NCBI GenBank assembly: GCA_036172245.1
Contig: JAYWIR010000002.1
Span: forward strand, 5,332,001-5,396,000
Source: Raillietiella orientalis
Taxonomy: Eukaryota
Direction of reading: 5' to 3'
DNA: 64,000 nucleotides
The notes under the pieces are model-generated. The model did not search any database. It was not told the DNA's origin and worked only from the letters and a program-made list of their open reading frames with translations. Positions 12,801-25,600 of this stretch are shown one piece after another. Within the stretch, counting starts at the first letter, position 1. Every line of letters starts with the position of its first letter. The position numbers and the translations under genes are program-made.

Positions 12801-14269
12801 AACCCCAATCTAGATTTAGAATGAGCAATAAACAAAAAAACGTGATTACTGCAATAATTAAACTTTGCCTTAGGGCAAATGTTAATTCTTCAACTTTCAC
12901 ATACTCCACTGCTAGAATGCCCTACATCAGCATTCACATTTCTTGAACTCATAAAAATAAAAGTCTGATCAACATAATTACTCAAATATCTGAGTTTCAA
13001 TGAAGCTTACAAACATTCCATTCACTGGAGAAACCTAATCAAAAAAAGAACCTCATTCTATAACATTTAAATGCCAAACACTTAAATTTTCCACAGAACA
13101 AGTGCCAATTATTGTTCCAATTATGGCCAACACCATGGCAAGAAATTTGATAAAAAGAAAATTACTCCAACATATACCTTACTTTTTGTAATTTGCACAT
13201 TTAAAGTTACACAAAATTACAAAATAAACATACCTCATTATCAAAAACATCATCCACAAAAAGACTTAAGTCATCATTCATATCATCGTCATTTTTTGGA
13301 CAATTGTAATCTAATTGGTCTGCACTTGGAATGACACACTTGACAGGAGATGCCCTCTATGGTATATGATATTGTACACATTGCAGTAACAAGATGCACA
13401 TTAACATACCAGCTCCCTTGGTGAAGAATTTGAAACATCACACTTTAAAGTCCTAAAAAACAGATTAGTGAAGTGCTTGATTCAATAAGAACAATTCATT
13501 CATAGGAATTGCTTACTTTTTTTCTCTGTTTGTGGAATTGCATTCATTTATCTGTCTTGAAGGGGTTTGATTAGGTTCGCTATTTTGTAACTCCTCTAAA
13601 AGTTCCTCCAAAAATTCATCTTTACCTTGCTCCACATTCTAAAACATTATGAAACAGCAGCAAAATTGTGTGCACCGTACTTCCATAGCTTTTTTGGGTT
13701 GCATCGACAATAACATGTGCTTGATATTCTTTTTCGGATGTATCTTCCTTTTTTTGGTGACATCCTCATAGAATTCATCATCACTATCCTCAAATATCTC
13801 TCTACCATGATCATGATAATCATTCCCAGCTAAAACACGTAAGTTCTTAATAATCACAAATCGTCTTAATTTTCACCGTCATCGACGATAAATCTACATT
13901 CTTGTCTTTCTTTTATGCGTTTAGTATACTCCGATTCATCCAATTCTTCAAACACATTTTCTACTTCAGTAGGCTCAAATCTGTGTTTGGAACCACTTTT
14001 TTTAAGATCCTTTAGCTTTTCGAGGGCTGAGCTACTTTTTGGATGCCTGGCATTGCGTCTACTCCTACGATCATTTTCTGAAATTTTTGCAACATTATGA
14101 CACATGAAACTAATGCTCCGCTATTTGCTTCAATCAAAATTTGCAAAACTCTCAAGCACAAATTGTGGGCCCGTATTCCATTATTTAGTTAACCCACTTA
14201 ATCGGATAACTCATGTTATTAATCAAGAGACGATATCAACACAACACACTACCTACCATCAACGTCCAT
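6814..14269 (-). CDS. POLA1: DNA polymerase alpha catalytic subunit, multi-exon
   Basis: Exon 1 ATG GAC GTT GAT G|gtaggt (14269-14257) splices to ENDRRSRR...EELDESEY...FIVDDG. Family-B motifs [62 protein letters not shown] and [14 protein letters not shown] are present, then C-terminal zinc-finger exons. It ends ...[12 protein letters not shown]...EKVF* (TGA 6814-6816). GT-AG introns. Small exons between about 11 and 13.6 kb are only partly resolved. Confidence 0.96.
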
Positions 14270-15662
14270 TTTCGTACATCTAGCAACAAATGAGTTTCCC
14301 ACACAACCATGCTTCGGTTTAGATTTTCCCACTGAAATCTTCCCTCCAAAATCTAGTCAGGATTGCCTATGGAAATGTCAACATATAAGGAATAAAGCTT
14401 TGTTTAAGAAATGGTTACACGCATCATTTGATCAATGATTACATTCGTCAAATGATGAATCAAACACTGTAATCCATTTTTCATTATATCAAAATATGAA
14501 GTTTTTGTGATAAATAAAATCGGCATTATTACCGGAAAGCTATTATCTATTTCCATTTTTCCCTTATTCCCATGCAATCTCTATAATACATATAAAACCA
14601 ACGTTCTATAATGATTGTTTTGATTTAATTCTTTATATTTAATTCTTTTTGATTCTTTATATTTTATTTTTTTTGATTTACTCAAAAAAAGTTTTGGAAT
14701 AATCGATGTTTTCATTTCATGGGAAGAAGGGGATTTTTCAGAACAATTTCATACTTTTGAAAATACGCTGAAAGTAGTTTTGACTTATTTCATTTCCTTG
14801 TGATTCATTACAAACAATAAAAGCAAAAGTTCTCAGAACTTTAGATAATAAGGTTATTAATTTGCAACATGAAAAAAATTATAATAAGCTAAAACTTTAT
14901 GCTAATTTCATGTGAATTAAGTAAATATTTAAAAGTTTATTTTTCTCATCACATCTGTGCATGGTAAAAACACAGAATGCATTAGCATTTATTGGATTAG
15001 CAGTTTCTTTAGGTTTCTTTTTTTTCCTTCTGAAGTGATTATTCTTTTTTATTTTTGGGACTGGTCTGTAATTGCAGAGGAATTGAAAAAACTGAATTGC
15101 AATTCGGCATTATGGGAACTGTATTTAATCGAGAAAGCTTTAAAAGTGCCGAGAAAAAAATGACTCTTTTTGTAGATTGCTCATAGTAAATCAGGAATAA
15201 CTACGCTCTAGCGAACTTCATGAACTGCAAGCATTTTACAATTAAGACAGGAAAGGCTTTCAAGGGAGTGAAACGACGGAAATAAAGATATGAATAGACA
15301 TATGAACAAACATAAGAAACTGAAAATTGTTAGGTGGAATCTGAATTTATTTTTTCTAAATAGACTGAAGAGCCTATATGAATAACAAAGAAACAAAGAA
15401 TTCTATTGCATTTTTATATATCAAGGAATGGAGTTATTGCTTATAACTCAACATCAAAACGCTTCAATTATTTTTATATAAAGAATAATCTACGAACTGT
15501 ATACATAAAAGATAAAAAGGATAAAAGGAAGGCAAGCTGTCGACTAAAGTTCGAGTATCAGACTCTTTCATTTGAATTCAGTTAGAGGTACAAGACTAAT
15601 TTCGTCATCAATGAGTTGGTGATGTTTAGATCAAAATTTCTTTAGGACAAATCTTTCAGGAC

Positions 15663-15713
15663 AATCTTAACATACTCCCCAAAATTAGACATTTTGAGGA
15701 GTATGTTAAGATT
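15663..15713. repeat. Near-perfect inverted repeat (23-position stem with 1 mismatch, 5-nt loop)
   Basis: AATCTTAACATACTCC-C-CAAAAT / TAGAC / ATTTTG-A-GGAGTATGTTAAGATT. Confidence 0.9.
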
Positions 15714-17629
15714 TTTGCAGCACTCCATTTTAGATTTAAAATTATTTTGTTCTTAGCAAACCTCATTTATTGCGTAAAAGATGCTGGGTATTTCCTTCGT
15801 TTTATACATCAGAAAAGAACAAGAATAAAAATACACTCAAGCACATGATAACCTGCTCTATCGTATTCCGGGATTACAAAGCGTCAGACACTATGTTAAA
15901 GTAAATACACTATAATAGTTAAGCATCTCTAATCCAAAGCATTTCTTTTCTAAGAAAAGATGCGAAGAGCCTATTAACAGATTAATTCTGTATTTCAGAG
16001 TTTTTCGAGTCACATTAAAAGTTCTATCAGGAAATAAAATTGCCAATATCCGGTTATAATAATGAAATATAAAAGCTGAATAGTTTTAGATGAATGATGA
16101 AACAATTTCACTAAAAGTATCATAAATGTTTTCTGCACCAAATTAACTTATAAATCTCTCTTCATTCACAATGTTTAATTTTAAAATCAATTACCGATTA
16201 TTGTTTTCTTGAAAAATGACAGCTTTTCTCTATTGCATTAAACACTCCACAAATTCAAGCTCTTGTCAACTAATTACTTTGTGTCTCACTTTGAATGCTC
16301 ATCTTATTGATAAAAAATCTAGCTGGAAAAGTTACCATAGGAATCACCATTGACAAAATCGTTTAACGAGAAAATTAAATAGGAAATACCGAAAACATAA
16401 TGCGATAATCAAAGATGAACAGTGCTAGAAATTCATCAACCATATTTTCCGAGTTAATGCATTATTTTCGAGAACTAAAAGTCGTAAAATTATTCCAGAT
16501 GACTCCTTAAGACTGACAAGAAAAAAAAAAACATGAAATAAGAGACTCGAAATCTTAAACATCAATGTTTTTTTTTTTTACCCTGGAAAACGTGAATGAG
16601 AAATAGGAGAATGGGCGAAACACTATTCATTCCGAGATTTTTTGAATTAAAAAAAATCAGACTCTTCAAATAAAATCTTCATTCCCAAGTCCTTCTGGTA
16701 TTCAAGGACAGCAATGTACTCATACCAACACTTGTGTAAATGAATAATAATGTATGTTTTGCTGAGAATTGTGATGCTTCCCCTTATCCGCGTGATTTCT
16801 CAAGCATTCACGTTGACTCACACCTCTGAGTGGTACTTTTGGTGAATCTTATCAAAAGTAATCTTTGCAGAGCATGCTTCAAAACCATCTGCATATAAAT
16901 ATTGTGTGCAGCAAATTACGAACTTTTTCTAACATCTTTAAAAATTTCGAGACTTTTGATGAAAGAATGCAGTTTATTGAAGTGCATAGACTTCAAGGCA
17001 ATGTAAACTTTCTTTGGGATGATACCAGTAATCAAAAGAAATGTTTAGGATAAAGAGAATAATTTCCAAGCCCTAGACATCCTCACGGCTACTCTTTGTC
17101 ATGATAAAATTGATTGATTGACTGGTATTACCGATGCTTTTGCAAGTAATCCTAAGCAAAGTATTTACTAGCATTTAGGCAGCCGTATAATTTCCAGATT
17201 ATGGGAAAATAACTTATGGCAATAAGATATTCTGAAGCATGAATTGCATGCGAACTAAGCAGGCAAGCCACGGTTTTACTTTTTGAATTTACCACTCACC
17301 AAATATTGCATGCATTGAGCGCATTATTTAAGGGATGTAGGATCTATGGCACTTGCCCCCATGCACGATGATGTAGTTAAAAGTCCAACTAATGTTGTAC
17401 GAATCTTATTGTTTTTATTACCATTTAAATCCAAAAGCTAATATGCAGAACGCTACTGCAGCGATCAGAAATATTTTAAATATACAGGATTTTTAATTCA
17501 TGAAGCATGAATACTAAACACCTTCTTGTACTGCTATGGGATTCGGCATTGCCAAAATCACTTCTAATTTGAATCAAAAAAATATATATTTGAGAACTAT
17601 CTTGATAAATAAAGCAGCTGGAATGAAAT

Positions 17630-20600
17630 TCATGAAACTTCTGGTTTAATAAGCTTCTGTGCTACAGTTTTTAGCATACGGTGTGTTTTTTGTACTTCTA
17701 AGAAACCTGCAAGCAACTGTTCAAATGGCAGGTTGGCATCCACGGGGGAGTCGCACAGCTTAGTTTGTAACAACTGATGACATGGCAAACATTTAAGGCG
17801 TCTACGCAATAAATGGAAAGTGCTGCTTTGTGGAAGCAGCATAAGAAGGCCATAAAGACTATGTACCAAAGGGCAGTTTTTAGAAGGATCCAATAAATGC
17901 ATCCTCAGATCTACAGGCTTCACTAACAAAACTGATTTGTGATTTGCACTTACTGGCAAATATTGGGGATTCCAATAACTGGATGAGCTTGTCAATCTCA
18001 GAGAGAAATTCCACAGTAACATCACAGGATCCACTAACCAACAAAAATCTTGAAAATGTAGCTGAAAGCATGTCTTACAAAGTGAGCACCAGTTGAGAAG
18101 CATGAGTGTACTGTTGAGCCAGAAAGCAAAGTGCAAGCAAAGCTACTGGGTGATGACTCCAGCTACGATATAAGCAGCAAAAGAACTGGCAATTATCCTA
18201 AACAACATTTATCTAGAAGCTTCAATTTGAAGATATTTACAGAGGTATTTAGCTGATTCAGTTTACAGCGTAATTCATAGAGCTCTGAAGATGTCAACAG
18301 AATAAGACTAAGATGTTGCACCATCAGCTGAGCAAATGAAGGATCCTTTTCTGCAAGTAAAGCTTCAGCAAGAATTTGATATACTTCTTGTGCATCCAGA
18401 AGCACACATAACTGCCTACTTTGATTATTGTGTGATTTACAATTAATGACTAACCTGATAATAAAATCTCCTCGATTAGACAGTAATGTACGATCTTTAC
18501 GAAACCATTCGAGCAAATTTGTTAACAAACGTAACAAAAGAGGTGTAGATTGTACTTTCCCTTCTATTCGAGATGGCATCTGGGACAAAACTTCAAGTGC
18601 CATCAAAACAACTTCATCATGTTCATCAGATAAAGTTCGCATAACAGCTGGGAAGATGAGATCTATATAGGAATCTAGTTCACAACCAGGTTGCATGTGT
18701 AGGCGTGATACCCAACACAAGGCTGCCAAGCGAGTGGCCATATTAGTATGAGCTAAATTACGGATTACAGCCTTGACAAGGGAGCCCACATCTACCATAT
18801 TCATCTTAGTAAAAACATTTTCTTTTTGATCATTATTTGATATAAGCTCCATGAGAGTCTGATTAACTGCTTTGGCCATCTCTTTAACATCTGCTGAGAA
18901 ATAAGTGGATACTTAATTCAACACCTACTTTTATCTTCTGTTTCTTCACTAGCAGCTAATCTAGGTAACACTGCTGTCACAATACATGATGTAAAAGGAA
19001 GCATAGCAGCACCATCTAAATGCAACAAATCATGGATCCATGTTAACGCAGTTAGCTGAAGAGTTCATCAGTAATGTAATATTACAACCTGCTCACCTGA
19101 AGCAATTCATCTGTGGACTGAGAATGAATGACTAGAATATTAGCAAGAGCTGCCAGGTCAGTGTCTTTTGGATGCTTATTTAGCTGATGTAAAAACTCTC
19201 CTAGTAATATTTCACATCTTTGAAGAAAAGCCTTATGTTAATTGCATTGGCTGGAATACTCACAATTTTTTGATCTCTGGAGCTGGATCGGCTAGAATAG
19301 TAAATAAACCATCTAGAATTTCTGGCAAATACGAAAGCATGCTGATATCTGGAATTGAATCAAGCAAAGAAATCCATGATACCACAAACTGCCTCAAAAA
19401 CGAATTTTGACCATATAGCGTTTCCCTAAGTATAGGGATGAATCCTTCAATATGAACTTGTGCATTTTCAACAATGATATCCTCCAAAATTATATTTTCA
19501 ATGACATTTTTAAAGTAATCTTAAAACCTTACCTTCATCAGACGATCCAAAACTTCCAAAGCACTTCTTACAGATTGATCCTGATCTGCAGATAGTTTAC
19601 TCAAGGCATGAAAAATGTCATTAAAATATGTTAAAATAAATGGTCGAGTAACTTTTGCAAGATTTAGAAATGCCTCACATGCAAAATACCTAACCCGAGC
19701 ATCAGAATCAGTAAAACGAAAAAGAATAGGCTTTACTAAGTCCTCCATATAATTTGCACAGTCCTAAAAATTTTTTTTAAAAACTTTGATTATTAATGAA
19801 GTTATACCTTACTTTTTGAAGTGCCAATGCAATAGAAGAAAGTCCCATTAAACCTCCATTACGAATGAATGGATTGGGAGATAATGAAAAGTCGTTACCA
19901 AACAGATTTAACAAAGTTTTGATTTTTGAAGTTTGATTCAAAACTACAAATTCCTTAATCATTCTGAAAATAAATGATGAACATCGGTAAGATTTCTATT
20001 TTCATAGAAACATACATATAGCTGAGCCATATACATAAAATCCATACATAACCAAAATGCCAACAAACTATTATAACTTTAGCACACAAGTTTACTTATG
20101 GGATGAGACTTTATTAAGTTGCATAGCATGAAACAATAAAATCTCAGAGTTACGATTTTAAAATTTCAATGATAGCAGTCACGAGATTTTTTTGCAAAAG
20201 CCATTAGAAAAACCAATTAAATTTCCTCAATCAACATGGATAATTCACTCAAGGCAAGAAGAACTCCATGTGTAAGCAAAGAGTAACCATAGATATTGAT
20301 TGAGAATCAATCAATTGCTATTGAGATGGGTTCAAAACAACCATAACAGGTATTTTCCTTGTCATGAACTAGCAAACATCAAAAAACACACACACACATA
20401 ATCTCTGGATATGAATACCAATCCCAAAACTCACAAGAACAATTAGATGTTTGCAGAAATCGCATATCATGGAGATTACATGCCATTTGTTACTTTCCCT
20501 CAAACAAGAAAATCACAAGTCATTGACATAAACTTTACTTGGCCTCAAATTATGATGAAACCTTTTCCAATTGCTTCATTAATACTGTTACAAATAAGGT

Positions 20601-21708
20601 TATTAAAAGTTCAGTACTTCAGATCCTAAAAACTTTGACCAAAAGAACAAGAAATGAATTGAGGAATCCAGAAATATCACTAAAGCCAAAGTACCAAGAC
20701 AATTCTTGGTACAACAATTGCATGGTGCAACAGAACTGTCAAATAACTCTCATTGAATCTGATTGACATTCATTTCATCAACAGATTGACATCAGTTTTC
20801 AAGGGTCAAGTCCAATAAAAATGCTTATTTGGAAAAACAGAAACCCAAGCTAAAATGATTCTCTTCTCTCGCTCATATTTCAAAATTTGCAAATGCGGCA
20901 GAAGAAAATACCCAGTTTTATAACAATCTAAACGTTTATCGCTAGCAGAATGTGCTGGAGATTCTGCATTTTTGATCATATAGTCAAAAAAAAGGCAGAT
21001 TGATGTGATCACTTTATTGTGTTTTTTCAGGCATCAAATTCCTAAAGAATGAATAACAGTAATCAAATGCACGGAGATTTTTAATGAAGAAAGCACTTGA
21101 TGCTCAAGAAACATAGAATTCTGCAGAAGTTTTACTGAAAGATGTACAACAAAAAGAAAAAAATTTACCACAACGAATAGAAAACCTAAGAAGTTGTGAT
21201 TATTTTGATGTATTTTTCAAAAATTTGCACATTAATTGAACTGCTCATCTTTGCAAAAGAAAACAATAAATTAACCATCAGTCTTAATATTCTTTCAGAT
21301 GAAGTGGAATTTGAGACACGAAAAAGAACCATCATCCTCAAATGCTACATTTTTATGAAACGTTTTAACATATTCAAACGAAATCTTATCAATTTGAAAA
21401 CACAAAGCAGAGTCTTTGCACACATAAAAGATACTGATTATAACCAGAAAATGTAATTTCCTACGTTTCCTCCACTTAATGCTATTAGCATTGAATGAGG
21501 TTATTTTAAATTCGAGTACTTAATGCCGAATAGAAGATCAGCTTCTTGGTATCACTTTTTACTTTCAGATGGCCTCAAAAATTGTTTGCCGATTACTGAT
21601 TACTCACTTTTCGATTTCTGAACCAGCCGATTTTCTTTTTTCATACATTTTATCTGTTAGGGCTTTAAAACAGGAACTACTTAAACAAGTATATTCTTTC
21701 TCATTCAT
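17630..21708 (-). CDS. VAC14: VAC14 scaffold of the PIKfyve/Fab1 complex, multi-exon
   Basis: Exon 1 (21708-21608) is MNEKEYTCLSSSCFKALTDKMYEKRKSAGSEIEK|gtgagt. Later exons give RNGGLMGLSS, DSDARVRYFACEA, RQFVVSWISLLDSIPDISMLSYLPEILDGLF, RGDFIIRQLCVLL, ILLTSSELYELR, EIDKLIQLLESPIFA and LYGLLMLLPQSSTFHLLRRRLKCLP. Stop at 17630-17632. Confidence 0.96.
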
Positions 21709-22299
21709 ATCGATTAGCTTTAATTAACACTCTAACTTGATAAACGTTGTTGCCGGTTACACTCGTCATAAATTAGGAAATAAACACCACAAAACAGCAG
21801 ATTAAACAGACATGCCACCACAAATTGTGTCTGTCCGGCTGCTGCAACATTACACAGAACACGAGTCCAAGAACTTCTACTCATCCAAAAACGGTTTTAA
21901 TTGATAAGTTTTTTTAAACATGAATCAACTTTTTTAGATGCCAGTCTTGTCGTCATTTTTACAAGAATAGACATTATTTTTGACTTGCAAAAGCAAAAAG
22001 TAGAAAATATTCCATTCTTGTACAATTTTGTGAATTTTTATCGCGGAGAGTTCTAAAGAGCTCCCAAACAGCTTGAAGACGGGAAATCTTTTTCTTTATT
22101 TAAAGAGAGCAAGCAATAAATCAAAAGCATGTCCGTATTGATAAATGAAATTCAAAAGCGTATCCAATGTTCAAATCCTTGAACCTTCTAGAAGAAATTC
22201 AAATAGCAATAAGTCGTAATCTAATATTTGGATTCATTGTCTCGTATAGAGTCCTAAAAACGTTTTGTAAAATTCGTGAGGACGGGCACTAAACTAAAG

Positions 22300-24200
22300 T
22301 ATTCTTACTTGCAAATATATTTGCATTTCTTTTCTATAGCTACGCGAAAGACTCCATTGCACTCAGAACTGTTGAAACTATTTGGTATCCATTTGTTTCT
22401 TCTCCATCTCGTAAGCCACTTTAAAGCTGGAATTCAGAAGTTTTCATTTGGCTTTCGAGTTTCAACTTACCTTCTGAAATTGTGATTTGCATTACCACAT
22501 AATAATGTAATTTGTAATTTTAAATTAATGAAGCCAAACTTGACAGCTGATTCTCTTTTCGTTCCTGGATATCAATCACTTTTGTACCTATTGTAAATGT
22601 ATTCTACCCAAAGTGCTATTTAAATCATCCCCTTAACTCAGATTCTGGCTTGTCGTCAAGAATAATTCCCTAGATTACAGAAATGTGTAACAACGATGAT
22701 TTTCCTGTTTGCATAGGTATAATTTCTTTGAAACAGTTATGCAACACTTCAAAGACTAGTTGCTTTTGCATCCTGGTTCGAGTCTAAGGTTGCAAAATCT
22801 TCTGCAGAATGGTATCAACGAGTAAAACCCATGTGTACCTATTTCTCTACTTTGTGTGAACCCTCGTTCCTTTAATATTTACAAGGTTATGTGTTATTGG
22901 ACTTGATATTCTAATTACGTGGGGGTGGCATTTAGGTGTGAGCACCGAGATTATTGAACACAAGTTTATTTCCATCCAGAATGCAAAGTTCTTTTAAGAA
23001 CCTTTTCGTGATTGAACAAAATCTCATTTGAACGCAGGCAATGAGGAATTCACGAGCTAGAAGTAAATTTTTCCTAAAAGTGATTTTTTTCTGTGGATTC
23101 TTCACTATTATTCCCTGTCATTGCCTATGTTTATGAACACCAGATTTCTAGCCCTCCAAATCATTGTTTCTTCAAAAGCATATCCATGGATAACTCTCAT
23201 TCAGCCAATGGTTGAAACCTGTGAATTCGCAAGCAACTTTTGCCCCTCTGCTTCATTTAGCCTCAACTATGGCAATGTCCTAAGCAAGTTGATCCATCTC
23301 ATCGTTGGATATGATTCTTCTGCAGCTGAGAACTGTATTCTAACAATTATCACTCCGACCATGTTTCCTACTCATAAAACGAAGCACCATATTTAAATAT
23401 TTGCATGTTTCTTTTTTCATGCCTTTCCTACCATATTGCCCTCATTTCTTAAAATGAACCCTATCTCCTCATACATAATGACTTTTAGTAGATGTTTCTC
23501 TCATCACACTGAAGAGGTTTTTCAAGGAATATCCTCTGTAAGAAATTATTCTCAAGGCATTCTCAATGCTTTTGGGGAATTCTGCCCTTCAGTATGCAAA
23601 CTGCTAACTGTGGTCGTTTTCAAAATAGCCTTAGTGCTGCGGTGTTTCCTCCACCTGTACAACGCGTACCTCTTTACACACATACCCATGCAAACACTGG
23701 GGAGATTAGAAATTCCGTTGACTGTTAAAGCACTGTAATGCATTCCTATTACAAATCATCCTTTAAAATGTTAAGTATGGATGACGGCACGTGTGCATAT
23801 GCACGCGAAACTTTGCACTGCATTTTCCCGATCATGTTGTGCAATCCAGAGTCACTGCCCAAGAGAAAACCTTTACAGCTTACATTAGAGATGTCAGTTG
23901 GTGAAACGAATCTTTTGTGCTTGTCACAGGAATCTAGGAATCCATTTGTCCTCAATGTCCGAAGAGCAGTCCAGCATAAAATGCGATGGGGAGTTTATTT
24001 TTGCAAGCTGAATATGGTAGGTGAGCAAGATGACAAGATGGTGTACCTCAAGTGTACACAGGATTTCTTTTTCGGAGGCTTGAGCTCTTTTCCGCTTCCC
24101 CATGGATGCAAGAATTTTGCCTACGAATTCATGTGTTCCGTTTTTAGCGAGCTGCCTTGCTTTGGAACACTCGGACTGCCTTCACCATCCCCCTTCCTTG
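22300..24200 (-). mobile_element. Highly decayed RTE-like non-LTR retrotransposon remnant (boundaries approximate)
   Basis: - strand fragments TDISNVSCKGFLLGSD (resembles the APE C-terminal GSDH region, about 23840-23900) and KVEK*VHMG (resembles VEKYVYLG, about 22830-22855) occur in the expected order, with many stops. Confidence 0.4.
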
Positions 24201-25099
24201 CCTCTGTCATTCTGGCCATGAAATTCAGCCTCTCGAACTTTCAAATCAAAGCTAACTAAGGTAAATGCTGGAGGGAATTCTTTCGCTTATGCTGCATGCG
24301 TGTCCAACACTGAGATGACACGAGCATCTTTTGGAATAACAAGCATGCAACGCTTTTATCAGGAGCTCAACTTTCATGAAGAGATTTCAGTTGCAACATT
24401 TGTACTGTTCCGACGAGTAAACCGTAGGCTGTACATAACAGGAAATAAGTTTTAAAAAGAAAGTGAAACACGAAGGATGCTGGGCTTCTTAACTGCTAAC
24501 ACGCGAAAGTGCCTTTCCAGAATACAAAGACGCGATGTTTTCAGTTCCCAACAAGAAAGAAACTTAAGCAGAAGACCATGAACCTAAGAACCGACAAAAA
24601 GGGAGGTGGAACGAAAGGGAGTTTGGAAAAAGAATGACCGAGAAGGAGGAGAAAAAAAAAAAAAAAAAAAAAAAAAACAATAGTTAGGTTTCACATGCGA
24701 ACGGTACATAAGTCTGAAAAGTACCAAGCTTCAAAATAGGCTGCGGCATCCCATTTTTCCGCCTGCATTCCACTTGCGTTTTTGATGGAAGGCTCTATTA
24801 GCACCAAAGGAATTATGCACCTATCGCTTCGATGTGCTTTGAGAGGCACTCTACTTTATTTCTACTCAAAACATATTCAAGATCTGAAGGAAAGAACCAG
24901 TGTGATTAACCGGAAACCATGAGGTATGGTCAAAAGAGGCGCAACATATCGGTAAACCAGGAACGAATTTCATAAGGATGGAGCGACAGGGCAGTTAGTT
25001 ACCACGCCAGTATGAATAAAGGCCTTGCTGACTTCTCCATTGGTTTCCTAGAATTCGCTGCTCAAACGTAGAAGCGATCCTAACGGAAGCATCCTTCAA

Positions 25100-25600
25100 C
25101 TTGAATGTGGCTTTCCATTATCAGAGTTCTTCGACAGAGTGGGAACGGGCAGGAAGTTTGACCAGCTCATCCAGCTGCCAATGAAAACAACTGCTTGGAA
25201 ACAAAGATCCAAGACTCGGAAATGGGTTACCCCCACTGAAGCGTGGGGAGAACACAGAAGGAACGAAGACGTAGACGTCGAAGTGTCAACACTCGACTTT
25301 AACTCGCTGCCAGGTGAAATTATAAACTCGAAAAGAAAATGTGCGCGGAGTGATAAGTTGCTGTGGTTATTCCAAGGCTGTCTTTTGCATCCGCAGCGAT
25401 GGATTGGAAAGACACTGCAATGGTGCATGGTGTTTCCAATTTTTTTTAAAATTTTTACATCACAATCGTTTCTCGTTTGAATGTCATTCCTGCCTTCACC
25501 ATCCCCTCGAACGTTCACCTGGGTGGCACTCAGGGGAAGATCCACAGCCAGCAAACAAAACAAGCGAAATGTAGGGCAGTTTGTTTTCTTGCCACCAGTA
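25100..25600 (+). mobile_element. Decayed C-terminal fragment of an RTE-like element
   Basis: ORF 25139-25480 contains EHRRNEDV...EIINSKRKCA...QRWIGKTLQW, resembling the RTE post-RT pattern IRNEEIR...KRRWAGHV...RW...W. Confidence 0.35.

Noticed and set aside
22741..22795. GGTTCGAGTC B-box-like motif, possible tRNA or SINE
   Set aside because: No cloverleaf or A-box can be built, and it lies within a decayed retroelement region.
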